A stretch of 64,000 nt of DNA from positions 128,001 through 192,000 of the forward strand of contig OZ242011.1 in assembly GCA_965204755.1 (NCBI GenBank), read 5' to 3'. The position numbers were made by a program, and so were the translations under genes. Origin of the DNA: Candidatus Marinacidobacterium sp. Lineage in GTDB: Bacteria; Acidobacteriota; Vicinamibacteria; Marinacidobacterales; Marinacidobacteraceae. The notes beneath the pieces were generated by a model. It worked only from the letters and a program-made list of their open reading frames with translations, searched no databases and had not been told where the DNA came from. Positions 9,600-18,560 of the stretch are shown here, piece by piece (position 1 is the first letter of the stretch; the number at the start of each line of letters is the position of its first letter).

Positions 9600-11771
9600 C
9601 TACCGGACGGCCGGGGACCGGGCGCCGTCCGACCCGGCGAACGAGACCTCGGCGCTCCAAAGCGGCCGCGACCCGCTCTCGTGCTGCCCGGTCCGGATCC
9701 GGGCCAGCCCGGGTTCCGGCAACTCCACGATCGCCACGCACTTCCCCTCGAACCTCGTGCCGTACTCCCGGAACGCGAAGTCCAGGTTCTCGAACCCATG
9801 GGGCTCGCGGGACGCGGACAGCAGCGCCGGGTCGGCGAGATACGCATGCAGGAAGAACCGCGGCTCCGTGTCCTCCGGGAAGCAGGGTTCGCGGAAGTAC
9901 AGGAGCGTGGCCCCGTCGAGGAAGAGGTCGAAATCGGCCCGCGCCGCCGGCGCGCCGACCGCGCCGGCGGCGATGGCGTCGGCGGCCGCCCGATAGGGAT
10001 TCGGCGGTGTGTAGTCCGGGTTCACGCGGAAGACCGTCCCGTCGGTGAACCGGGCGACCGGCTCGAAACCGGCGCGGCTGTCCAGGTCCGGGAGCCCGTA
10101 GTCGTCATCGTAAGCGTCGCCGGGCGGAGCGTGGCGAAACCAGACGACCGGCGCCCCCGGTTCCGTGTTCTCGAGCCACTCCGGCCACTCCTGTCGGAAG
10201 GGCAGGTAGAGGAAGAACGCGCGCATGCCGTAATGGAGATGGAGCAGGATGGGGAGGTTCGTCCACACCTCGCGGGGAAACCCGGTTTCCTCCAGGTAGC
10301 GGAGCGTCTCCGAGTCGTCCCAGGGCGGCGCGGCGAACCCGCGCCAGGTCGCCGGCGACGCGCTGTTGGCCTCCCGGACCGCCGAGAGCGTCGGCTGGAC
10401 CTGGCCCAGCAGGACGAGGAACAAACCCGCCGCCAACGCCCCCAGGACGAGTCTCCGGGCGAGCGCGGAGGCGTCCGTCTTCCGCCCCGGTGGAAGCCGG
10501 CGCCCCGCGGCCTCGCCGAAGCCGGCGCCGCCGGACGGGCGCGCGCCGTCGAAGCGGAAGGCGCGGTCTATGGCCAACGCAACGCCGACGAGGAAGGGAA
10601 CCACGAGCGGCGCGAGAAAGCGGTCGGCGATTCCATGACCGGTCGCGCCGAAGAGCGCGGCCGCGAGCAGCAACACCAGGTACACCGATCCGAAACCGAG
10701 GAAGACCGCGGCCGAGATCCGACCGCCGGCCGGCGGCGGCAGTTCCCGAACTCCGTTCCCCGCGCCGCGGCCCGGCGCGAGCGCGGCCGCGGCGAACACG
10801 GCGACCGCCGGAACGGCGGCCGCCAGGATCGAGCCTTCGGGAACCTGGAACGCGAACCACCCGGCCAAGCCGTCCCCGACATCGGCCAGCAGCGCGGTCA
10901 GGACCGGTTCCGGAAACTCGCGCTTCCCGGTGGCCTGTCCGACCGCGAAGTAGTTTCGCGTCGTCCACAGGGCCATCGGGAGCGCCGCCGCGACCGCCAC
11001 GAAACCGCTGCGCCGAAGGCGCTCGCGGAGCGGGGCGCCCGACGCGAACCAAAGCGCCGCGGCGATGGCTGCGGGAACCGCGATGCCGATGTACCGAGTC
11101 TGCCAGGCCAGCGCCGAGAACACCGCCGCGCCGACCAGCGAGCGCCTCCGCCCCTCGGTGAGGAAGTCGTCGGCGCGGACCAGGGCCAGGGTGGTGAAGA
11201 AGACGAACGCCGTCTCGGAGAGCGCCCACGAGGCCTGTTCCGCGAGGGGGAGGGAGAGCGCGACCGCGGCCGCTCCCCAGCACGCGAGCCACCCGGAGCG
11301 GACGCGGCCGCGCAGGTGCCGTCCGACCACGAAGACCGTCGCGGCGAAGAGCGCCGCGTTCAGGAAACCGGCGGTTCCGGCCGGCTCGAAGAAGCCGAGC
11401 GACGCGGCCAGCAGGAGCAGCGGGTACAGGGGAGGATGGAGGGCGTACGGGCCCCAGTCGTAGTTCAGGAACCCGTTTCCCGCCGCGAGGTGGCGGGCCA
11501 CCGCCAGGTAGTTGATCGAGTCGTACGACAGGGACACGCCGTAGGCGGAGAACCGCGCGAGGATCAGCGCGGCGCCGAGCGCGGACAACCCGAGCAGGAC
11601 CGGCGTGAACCGGTCCCGGAGGATCCCCGGCCGCGCCGGCCGACCGCCGGGCGCGGAGGCGCCGGCGAACGACGACGAACCGGCGCCCTCCGGCGGCGAC
11701 GCCGCGGTCGGCATCGCGACCTCGCGGCGCTCCGGCGGAGACGGGCGCCCTCCTTCTTCTGGCGCCCTCAC
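9600..11771 (-). CDS. GT-C-fold membrane glycosyltransferase 'C' with 1 two-Cys module
   Basis: Close paralog of 'B' (DSINYLAVA, HPPLYPLLL, WALSETAFV, WQTRYIG). One module at about 9640-9950. Confidence 0.8.
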   Translation of the reverse strand: MRAPEEGGRPSPPERREVAMPTAASPPEGAGSSSFAGASAPGGRPARPGILRDRFTPVLLGLSALGAALILARFSAYGVSLSYDSINYLAVARHLAAGNGFLNYDWGPYALHPPLYPLLLLAASLGFFEPAGTAGFLNAALFAATVFVVGRHLRGRVRSGWLACWGAAAVALSLPLAEQASWALSETAFVFFTTLALVRADDFLTEGRRRSLVGAAVFSALAWQTRYIGIAVPAAIAAALWFASGAPLRERLRRSGFVAVAAALPMALWTTRNYFAVGQATGKREFPEPVLTALLADVGDGLAGWFAFQVPEGSILAAAVPAVAVFAAAALAPGRGAGNGVRELPPPAGGRISAAVFLGFGSVYLVLLLAAALFGATGHGIADRFLAPLVVPFLVGVALAIDRAFRFDGARPSGGAGFGEAAGRRLPPGRKTDASALARRLVLGALAAGLFLVLLGQVQPTLSAVREANSASPATWRGFAAPPWDDSETLRYLEETGFPREVWTNLPILLHLHYGMRAFFLYLPFRQEWPEWLENTEPGAPVVWFRHAPPGDAYDDDYGLPDLDSRAGFEPVARFTDGTVFRVNPDYTPPNPYRAAADAIAAGAVGAPAARADFDLFLDGATLLYFREPCFPEDTEPRFFLHAYLADPALLSASREPHGFENLDFAFREYGTRFEGKCVAIVELPEPGLARIRTGQHESGSRPLWSAEVSFAGSDGARSPAVR

Positions 11772-11789
11772 GGTTTCACCGGCGAAACC

Positions 11790-14700
11790 TTACGGCTCGG
11801 CCGCGCGGCGCCGGATCGCCTTCGGCCCGGCGGCGGCGTCGCCGAGAACGAACTCGCCTCTCCAAAGGTCCTCGTAGGTCCCGTCGGCGCGCCTCCGGAA
11901 CTGGCCGGTGGCCGCCGAACGGACCTCGTACTCCGGAAGCCTTACGGCGGCGAGGCACTGCCCTTCCGAGCGCAGCGCGTGGTCGGCGTAGTCGAAGTCC
12001 CGATTCTCGAAGCGGCGGCCCGGCGAGCCGAGCGGGCCCCGGGATTCCTCCACCGGGAACAGGTGGAGGAAGAATCTCGCTTCGGTGTCGGAAAACGCGC
12101 AGGGCTCCCTGACATAGATGAGCCAGTCGCCACTGTGATAGACATCGAAAGCGGAACGGATTTCCGGCGACCCCTCCGCCACCATCCGGTCGAGACTCCC
12201 GCTTTCCAGCGCGCGATCGTAGAGGAACACGGACCGGTTCCTCGGCGTGACGAGCGCCGGACCCGGCTCGCGGCGCCGGCGAATCGAGAACCCGGATTGC
12301 CCTTCCAGGTCCGCTCGATACGCCATCACCCGTCCCGAAAGGAACCACGACATGCTCTGCGGTATCTCGTAGTCCGCCCCTCCGAACTCGTCGCGGGAAA
12401 CGAAAACCACCGCACCCGAGGTCAGGCGCCGGATCTCGTCGTAGTCGTCCAACAACTCGCCGAACTCATAGGCCGGTCCCGGCTGGTAATTCACCTCGGC
12501 GATCCGGTGGGCGGACAGACCGAACAACAACAGCACCGCCGGAACGAGGCGTCCGACCAGGCGGTCGCCGGCGACCCGGCGCAGGTACCGGAGAAACGCC
12601 GTGAAGAAGACGAGCACGACCCCGAAGTAATAGATCATCTCGCTGTCGTGGAAGGCGACTTCGGCGCGCATGGGAAGCGCCCAGCAGAACCCGGAGAGGG
12701 CGAGCGTCAGGTAGAGCAGGCGCGCCGGACCGGCCGCCGCCGCGGCGAGCGCGGTGACGGTGACGAAGACGCCGAGGAGCACGCCTTCGGCATCGCCCGG
12801 CGGGCTCGGGAAATCGCCGAGCGCGACCGCGTACCCGGGGAGCCCGTAGGGAAGGGCCATCCGGCCGAGGCGGTGGAATTGCTGTTCGAGAAACGGGCCC
12901 CAGGCGAGCGCCGACGCGTGCCGCTCGGAGAGTTGCTCCGACAGCCCGGTCCGGTAGAGGAACGACTGGTAGGAGGGCATCCCGGCGAGCCCCCCTTCCC
13001 CGTCGAGCGCGCGGTACTCCATCGCGAAGCCCGAGGTCAGGACGGCGAGCCCGAACACCAGCGCAAACCCTCCCAGCGCCAGGTACCGGCTGCGCAGCGC
13101 CTTCCGGAGCGGCCGGTCGAGTTCGATGCGGCCGGGTATCCGAAAACCGAACTTCGTTTCCCGAAACGAAGAAACGCGGAACCGTTCGCGGAGGAAGCCC
13201 AGGGCGAGGAACGGCGCGAGCAGCGCGTACACATGCCAGCCCACGAGAAGGGCGGCGCCGGTCTTGAGGAGCAACTGGCGAAAGCGCCCTTCCCGGACGA
13301 AAACCACCATGCCGTGGAAAGTCAACAGGACCGCGAACAGGTCCATCGTGTGCTCCGTGCCGACATTGTCGATGTACTGCCAGTAGTAAGAAGACACGGC
13401 GAGCAGCGTCGCCATGAGCGCGATGAAGCGGTGCGAGGTGAGCCGCCGGAGCGAAAGATACGCAGCGAGCATCGCCGCCGCGAAGAAGACCACCATGAGC
13501 AGGCGGGCGGCGAGGAGTTGCGCCGACAGGCTCCCGAAGGGCGCGATGACGGCCTTGATGAGGAACAGTCCGCCGACCGGGAAGCGGTGGTACGGTTCGT
13601 AGCGGACTTCCCCTTCCGGCTCGAGAACCCGCCGGTGGAACACCAGGTAACCGTGATCCGCGGACAGGTTGGACGCGCGCGCCATCGCGTTGTAGGTCTG
13701 GTTGTCGCTCGCCGGCGTGCGGTAGAAGCCGTGGCGGACGGCGGAAAACGAGGTCGCGACGGCCAGCGAAGCGAGCAGCAGCGCGATCGGGAAAGCCGGG
13801 GACCGGCGAAGGGCCGACCACCGCGCCTTCCACCGGGGTTCCCCCCCTGTCGGCGCGAACGGCCCGAGCGCGGACGCCAACCCTCGGCCGAGAACGACCA
13901 GCAGGACCAGCGGCGCCAGCGCGACAAAGTGGAGCGGCACGACCGGGGGCGTCTCGAGCAAGGCGCGGAAGTAGTTGATCGAGGACGCGGTGACGAGGAC
14001 GATCGGGACATGCCAGTACCGCCGGAAATAGAACGCCAGGATCAAGGAGAACACTTCCGCCGCGAAGAAGTACCGGTCGTGCATCTTCGGCAGGATGAAG
14101 GGCATGAGCAGGACCGAGAAGGTGGCCAGGAACACCGTGACTTCCGGCGTGAACCGCGCTCGGCTCCGGCGCACGGCGAAACCCGCGCCGGCGACGACGA
14201 AGCCGGCCGCCAGGAGGAACAGCGGCCATGCCGGAAGCCAGTCCTCGGGAACCCATTGATACAGGTTGTGCGCCTGCATGGTGAGCCGCCGCTCGGTGTA
14301 GCGGAGTTCGATCAGGTAGGTGGACAGCAGTTCGCCCGCCGGCCGACCGATGAGCCAGGCCGGGACCAGCGTCAGCAGGAAGACCGACGGAACCGCCAGG
14401 AAGTCCCGGAGACGGACTTCCTTTCGCATCCACAACCAGAAGAGGAACGGCGCGAGGAAGACCGCCTGCGGCTTGAACGCGAGCGCCAGGCCGAACCACG
14501 CGAAGGCGGCGGTCCGGCGCCCCGCGAGCAGGTGATAGACGCAGGCGAGCAGGAAAGTGGTAGTGATCGAATCGCATTGCCCCCACATCGCGCCGTTCAT
14601 CACGACGGTCGGCAGGAAGAGCGCGGCGGCGCCGGCGAACACCGGCGTCCATTTCGATTCCTCGTCCTTCAGGCGCGCGATCCGGTAAGCGAAGAACGCC

Positions 14701-15080
14701 ATCGCGAAATCGAAGGCGACGGAGACCGCCTTGAGCGCGGTCAGTTGTATCGAGTCCTCGAGGAACGACAACCCGGCCACCAGGTAGAGATACAGCGGGT
14801 TGTAGTTCGTGGTGTCGTCGCTGCGAAACGCCAGGAAGTGGCCGTTCTCCTCGAAGAACGCGAACCATCTGAGGAGTTGCCGCCCGTCGTGCGACACGAA
14901 CTCGAGCAACGGGAGGCGGATCGCGAGAGCCAACCCGGCGGCGACCGCGGCCACGACGCCCGGTCGGAGCGCGGCGCGACCCGCCCGGGCCCAGAGCCCC
15001 GAGCGACGCGGGCGGAGGGAAGGCGCGCGGCCCCCGCCGCCGACGCCGGGCGCTGCCCGGTCCTTCCGGTCCGCGGTCAT
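11790..15080 (-). CDS. Tandem fusion of two GT-C glycosyltransferase domains ('D') plus 1 two-Cys module
   Basis: N-half has NYNPLYLY, WGQCDS, KPQAVF and PKMHDRYFF (GT87/DUF2029-like mannosyltransferase). C-half has YHRFPVGG, EGRFRQLL and PFLEQQFHRLGRM, shared with 37062..39617. Module at about 11850-12170. Confidence 0.75.
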   Translation of the reverse strand: MTADRKDRAAPGVGGGGRAPSLRPRRSGLWARAGRAALRPGVVAAVAAGLALAIRLPLLEFVSHDGRQLLRWFAFFEENGHFLAFRSDDTTNYNPLYLYLVAGLSFLEDSIQLTALKAVSVAFDFAMAFFAYRIARLKDEESKWTPVFAGAAALFLPTVVMNGAMWGQCDSITTTFLLACVYHLLAGRRTAAFAWFGLALAFKPQAVFLAPFLFWLWMRKEVRLRDFLAVPSVFLLTLVPAWLIGRPAGELLSTYLIELRYTERRLTMQAHNLYQWVPEDWLPAWPLFLLAAGFVVAGAGFAVRRSRARFTPEVTVFLATFSVLLMPFILPKMHDRYFFAAEVFSLILAFYFRRYWHVPIVLVTASSINYFRALLETPPVVPLHFVALAPLVLLVVLGRGLASALGPFAPTGGEPRWKARWSALRRSPAFPIALLLASLAVATSFSAVRHGFYRTPASDNQTYNAMARASNLSADHGYLVFHRRVLEPEGEVRYEPYHRFPVGGLFLIKAVIAPFGSLSAQLLAARLLMVVFFAAAMLAAYLSLRRLTSHRFIALMATLLAVSSYYWQYIDNVGTEHTMDLFAVLLTFHGMVVFVREGRFRQLLLKTGAALLVGWHVYALLAPFLALGFLRERFRVSSFRETKFGFRIPGRIELDRPLRKALRSRYLALGGFALVFGLAVLTSGFAMEYRALDGEGGLAGMPSYQSFLYRTGLSEQLSERHASALAWGPFLEQQFHRLGRMALPYGLPGYAVALGDFPSPPGDAEGVLLGVFVTVTALAAAAAGPARLLYLTLALSGFCWALPMRAEVAFHDSEMIYYFGVVLVFFTAFLRYLRRVAGDRLVGRLVPAVLLLFGLSAHRIAEVNYQPGPAYEFGELLDDYDEIRRLTSGAVVFVSRDEFGGADYEIPQSMSWFLSGRVMAYRADLEGQSGFSIRRRREPGPALVTPRNRSVFLYDRALESGSLDRMVAEGSPEIRSAFDVYHSGDWLIYVREPCAFSDTEARFFLHLFPVEESRGPLGSPGRRFENRDFDYADHALRSEGQCLAAVRLPEYEVRSAATGQFRRRADGTYEDLWRGEFVLGDAAAGPKAIRRRAAEP

Positions 15081-16213
15081 CGGTCCGGACCCGGGGTCCG
15101 TTCCGCGGACGGATCGCCACCTCGCACCGTCCCGGGCGTCCGTTCACCTCGCGGCGGCGCCTTCCCGAAGAGGCCGCCGATACCGGCGGCCCGCAGCAGG
15201 AAGACCGAGCCGACGACCGTGGAGGTGGTCCAGAGAAGGGCATGCACGGTCAACGCGAAGGCCGCGGCTTCCGCGGGGGCGGCGCCGTACGCGGCGAGAC
15301 CTCGGGCGGCGAAGTAGTGGAAGGTGCCCAGGTACCCCGGAGTGTTCGGCAACGCGGTGGAGAGGGTGCCGGTCGCCGCCGCCAGCCAGGGCCCGGCGGG
15401 CGCCGATCCGGTATCGATGGCCGCCTCCACCACGAAGAACATGGAGCCCTCACAGAACCAGGCGACGGCGGAGAGGCCGAAGAGGCCGAGCGTCCGCCGG
15501 CGGGAGCGCAGCGCCCGGAGGGATTCCCCGAAGTGCGCTCCGTGGCGCGAGGCGGCGGCGCGCAACCGCGCCGCGAGCGTCCGGGGCCGGACCCCCGACG
15601 GCGCCGAAGCCGAATCCGCTCCCTCCTGGCGTTCGCGGGCGCGGCCGGCGAGCCGCTGCGACAGGCGTTCGAGTTGCGAAGGGAAGAGGACGACCGCGGC
15701 GGCCGAAACGCCGCTCAGTCCGGCCAGCAGCGCCGCACCCGCGATGACCTCCCCGGAGAAGTAGCCGTCGGGAACGCCGAGCAGGCAGAAGAAGAACACG
15801 CCGGTCAGCACGACGACATCCAGCACCCGTTCGATCACCAGCGTGCCGGCGACCCGCATCACCGGGGACCGGAGTTGGCGGCCGAAACCGACCACCCGCA
15901 GCGCGTCGCCGCCGCGGAGCGGGAGCAGGTTGTTCACCGCCATGCCCACGAGGAACGGGCCGGCGCACGCGGTGACCGGGAGCCCGGGCGCGGCGGCGCG
16001 GAGAAGCCACCACCAGCGGACGATCCGGCATGCCCAACTGCCGAACAGGAACAGGACCCCGAGCCCGAGCGCCCCCGGGGAAACGCCCCGGAACGCCGCC
16101 CCGACCGCCTCCCAGTCCAACTCCCGGGCGAACAGCCACGCGAAAACGGCCGCGAGGAGGAGCCCCGGCGCGAGCCGCCAGTAGCGCCGCGGCGTCCGTC
16201 CGGCGCCGGGCAT
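15077..16213 (-). CDS. Lysylphosphatidylglycerol-synthase TM / UPF0104 flippase-like membrane protein
   Basis: R.VRW..LL, NNLLPLRGGDALR, ERVLD and PNTPGYLGTFH motifs, with multiple TM helices. Confidence 0.85.
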   Translation of the reverse strand: MPGAGRTPRRYWRLAPGLLLAAVFAWLFARELDWEAVGAAFRGVSPGALGLGVLFLFGSWACRIVRWWWLLRAAAPGLPVTACAGPFLVGMAVNNLLPLRGGDALRVVGFGRQLRSPVMRVAGTLVIERVLDVVVLTGVFFFCLLGVPDGYFSGEVIAGAALLAGLSGVSAAAVVLFPSQLERLSQRLAGRARERQEGADSASAPSGVRPRTLAARLRAAASRHGAHFGESLRALRSRRRTLGLFGLSAVAWFCEGSMFFVVEAAIDTGSAPAGPWLAAATGTLSTALPNTPGYLGTFHYFAARGLAAYGAAPAEAAAFALTVHALLWTTSTVVGSVFLLRAAGIGGLFGKAPPRGERTPGTVRGGDPSAERTPGPDR

Positions 16214-17230
16214 CTACCCCGAGTCGCCCCGCGCCGCGCGCCCGCCTTCCGCGCCGCCCGGCGCCCCCCCGCCCGCCGCCGGCGGGGGGAAGCCGATGGT
16301 CTCCCGAACCAGGTAGAGCGGCCGGCGCTTCACTTCGCCGTAGATCCGCGCGAGGTACTCCCCGAGCAGGCCGATGGCGGCCAGTTGGACCCCTCCGAGC
16401 CAGACGACGGTGAGGAGCAGGACGGACGGCCCGGAGTAGTCGGCGGCGAGGAACCATCCGGCGGCGGCCCAAAGGGAACCCGCGAGCGCGGCCGCCACCG
16501 CGGCGAGACCGAGCCACGAGGCCGCGCGCACCGGGGCGCGGGAGAACGACAGGATGCCGTCGGCGGCCAGGGCCAGCATCTTCCCGATGGAGTACTTGGT
16601 CTCGCCGGCGGCGCGCGGCTCCCGGCGGTAGGGAACCGCCGTCTGCCGGAAGCCGGTCCAGGCCACCAGCGCGCGGACCAGCCGGTCCCGTTCCGGCAGC
16701 GCGAGGAACGCGTCCACCGCGACGCGGTCCATGAGGCGGAACTCGCCGACATTCGGCGGGATGGGCGCCTCGGAGATCCTGGCGATGCACCGGTGGAAGA
16801 GCCGCGAGGCCGCCTTCTTGAACGCCGTCTCCCCGGCCCTTTCGGTGCGCAGGCCGTAGGCGATCTCCGCCCCCTCCCGCCAGCGGGACAGCATTTCCGG
16901 GAGGACCTCGGGCGGATCCTGCAGGTCGGCGTCGATCAGCGCGGCGGCGTCACCGCTCGCATGGCGCAGGCCCGCGGCCAAGGCCGCCCCCTGCCCGAAG
17001 TTGCGCGAGAGCGAGACGACTCGCGCGCGGGGATCGCTCTTCGAGATCTCCCGGAGTTCGGCCAAGGTTCCGTCGGTGCTCCCGTCGTCCACATAGACGA
17101 CCTCGAAGTCGAGGTCGGGCACGGGTTCGAGCGCCGCCGCGAGCCGACCGTGGGTCGCCTCGATCACTTCCTCCTCGTTCAGGCAGGGCACGACCACGGA
17201 GAGGAGGGCGGGGCTGGGACGCTCGGACAT
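16214..17230 (-). CDS. GT2 polyprenol-phosphate glycosyltransferase (GtrB/YkcC/CsbB-like)
   Basis: SVVVPCLNEE, VDDGSTDGT, SRNFG, DADLQDPP, FRLMDR, two C-terminal TM helices and LGEYLARIY.EVKRRPLY. Confidence 0.93.
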   Translation of the reverse strand: MSERPSPALLSVVVPCLNEEEVIEATHGRLAAALEPVPDLDFEVVYVDDGSTDGTLAELREISKSDPRARVVSLSRNFGQGAALAAGLRHASGDAAALIDADLQDPPEVLPEMLSRWREGAEIAYGLRTERAGETAFKKAASRLFHRCIARISEAPIPPNVGEFRLMDRVAVDAFLALPERDRLVRALVAWTGFRQTAVPYRREPRAAGETKYSIGKMLALAADGILSFSRAPVRAASWLGLAAVAAALAGSLWAAAGWFLAADYSGPSVLLLTVVWLGGVQLAAIGLLGEYLARIYGEVKRRPLYLVRETIGFPPPAAGGGAPGGAEGGRAARGDSG

Positions 17231-17266
17231 CGGCGGGAACGGGAGCGGAAAAGGATACGCGCCGGA

Positions 17267-17308
17267 GCCCCTCCCCCGCCCCTCCTCCGCCCCTCCCCCG
17301 CCCCTCCC
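17267..17308. repeat. 11-bp tandem repeat GCCCCTCC(C/T)CC, about 3.8 copies, in the divergent promoter region
   Basis: Units read directly at 17267, 17278, 17289 and 17300. A TATCCT -10-like hexamer lies on the minus strand at 17257-17252. Confidence 0.8.
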
Positions 17309-17363
17309 GCGTTCCTCCCGATCTCCGGGCGCCCTCCCCGCGCCGCGGCCGCGGGTTCGTGCA

Positions 17364-18272
17364 ATGATTCGGCTCGTGCGAGGCAGGCGAACCGGGCGCC
17401 GGACGCTCCGGGAAGTCCTGCGGTCGCTCCCGGCGCCGCCCGGCGGGGAGCGGAGGACGCCGGCGCTCGCCGTCCTCCTCGCCGGCGTCCTCGCCTGCGG
17501 CGCCGGGGGAGGAGAGGCCCCGCCCCCGGCCGCTTCCCTTCCGCCGCCGCTTCCGCCGCCGGCCGCCGGCCCCCCGGAGCCGCGATCGCTCGACTACCGC
17601 GTGGCGCGCGAGTTCCCGCACGATCCGGGGGCCTTCACGCAGGGGCTCTTCTTCCACGAGGGCCTCCTCTACGAGAGCACCGGACTCCGGGGCGAGTCCG
17701 CGCTCCGGCGGGTGGAACTCGAGACCGGCGAGGTGCTCTTCGAGCGCCGCCTGCCGCCGACCCTCTTCGGCGAAGGCGCCGCGCTGGCCGGGGAGCGGAT
17801 CGTCCAACTCACCTGGCAGGCCGGGATCGGGTTCGTGTACGACCGGGAGACTTTCCGCCTGCTCCGCGAGTTCCGCTACGCCGGCGAGGGGTGGGGGCTG
17901 ACCTTCGACGGCGAGCGCCTGGTCATGAGCGACGGCTCGGACACCCTGCGTTTCCTCGACCCGGACACCCTCCGGGAAACCCGCCGACTGCGGGTGCGGG
18001 CGGACGGGGCGCCGCTCGACCGGCTGAACGAACTGGAGTGGATCGAGGGCGAGATCTGGGCGAACATCTGGACGGAGGATCGGCTCGCGCGCATCCGCCC
18101 GGACACCGGCGAAGTGACCGCCTTCGTGGATCTCGAAGGGCTGCTGCCGCCGGCCTCCCGGCGGCCGGACACCGATGTGCTGAACGGGATCGCCTGGGAT
18201 CCCGCCGGCCGGCGTCTCTTCGTAACCGGCAAGAAGTGGCCGACGCTGTTCGAGATCGAGATCGTGGAGTGA
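17364..18272 (+). CDS. Glutaminyl-peptide cyclotransferase (type I QC), probable lipoprotein
   Basis: PHDPGAFTQGL, ESTG, FGEG, QLTW, GEGWGLT, MSDGS, LNELE, ANIW, VLNGIA and TGKKWP motifs. Lipobox-like VLAC. Confidence 0.92.
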   Translation: MIRLVRGRRTGRRTLREVLRSLPAPPGGERRTPALAVLLAGVLACGAGGGEAPPPAASLPPPLPPPAAGPPEPRSLDYRVAREFPHDPGAFTQGLFFHEGLLYESTGLRGESALRRVELETGEVLFERRLPPTLFGEGAALAGERIVQLTWQAGIGFVYDRETFRLLREFRYAGEGWGLTFDGERLVMSDGSDTLRFLDPDTLRETRRLRVRADGAPLDRLNELEWIEGEIWANIWTEDRLARIRPDTGEVTAFVDLEGLLPPASRRPDTDVLNGIAWDPAGRRLFVTGKKWPTLFEIEIVE

Positions 18273-18559
18273 CCCGCCGGGATCCGAGCGGGACGCGCCG
18301 CCGGCTGGCGGCGGGGGTCGGGTTGCTCGCGCTCCTGCTGAGCGTGGCGCCGCTCTATCCCCGGATCGGGGGCGTCCGGCCGTTCGCGCTCTCGATGCCG
18401 TTCTCGATGTTCTGGCTCGTCGTGCTGATCGCCTTGGTCTTCTTCACTTTCCTCGCGCTCTTCCTCTCGGAGCGCGAGGCGGACGAAGCCCTCGACCGGG
18501 AGTACCGGAGCGCCGGGAAGCCGGAGCGGAACCCCCCGGACGCGGGGAAGGAATCCTGA
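18269..18559 (+). CDS. Small two-TM partner of the sodium:solute symporter (DUF3311/DUF485-like)
   Basis: GTG overlaps the QC stop. Two hydrophobic segments flank P..LSMPF..FW. The stop is 1 nt before the SSS start. Confidence 0.7.
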   Translation: MTRRDPSGTRRRLAAGVGLLALLLSVAPLYPRIGGVRPFALSMPFSMFWLVVLIALVFFTFLALFLSEREADEALDREYRSAGKPERNPPDAGKES

Positions 18560-18560
18560 A

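Noticed and set aside
9681-15317. 1878-aa plus-strand ORF (also 34473..39713, 24464..28426, 15242..18559, 20176..23391 and many others)
   Set aside because: These are antisense or off-frame shadows of real genes. They are Arg/Gly/Pro-rich, have no motifs, and arise from stop-codon scarcity at high GC. Only the 3' ends of 15242..18559 and 20176..23391 are real small genes.
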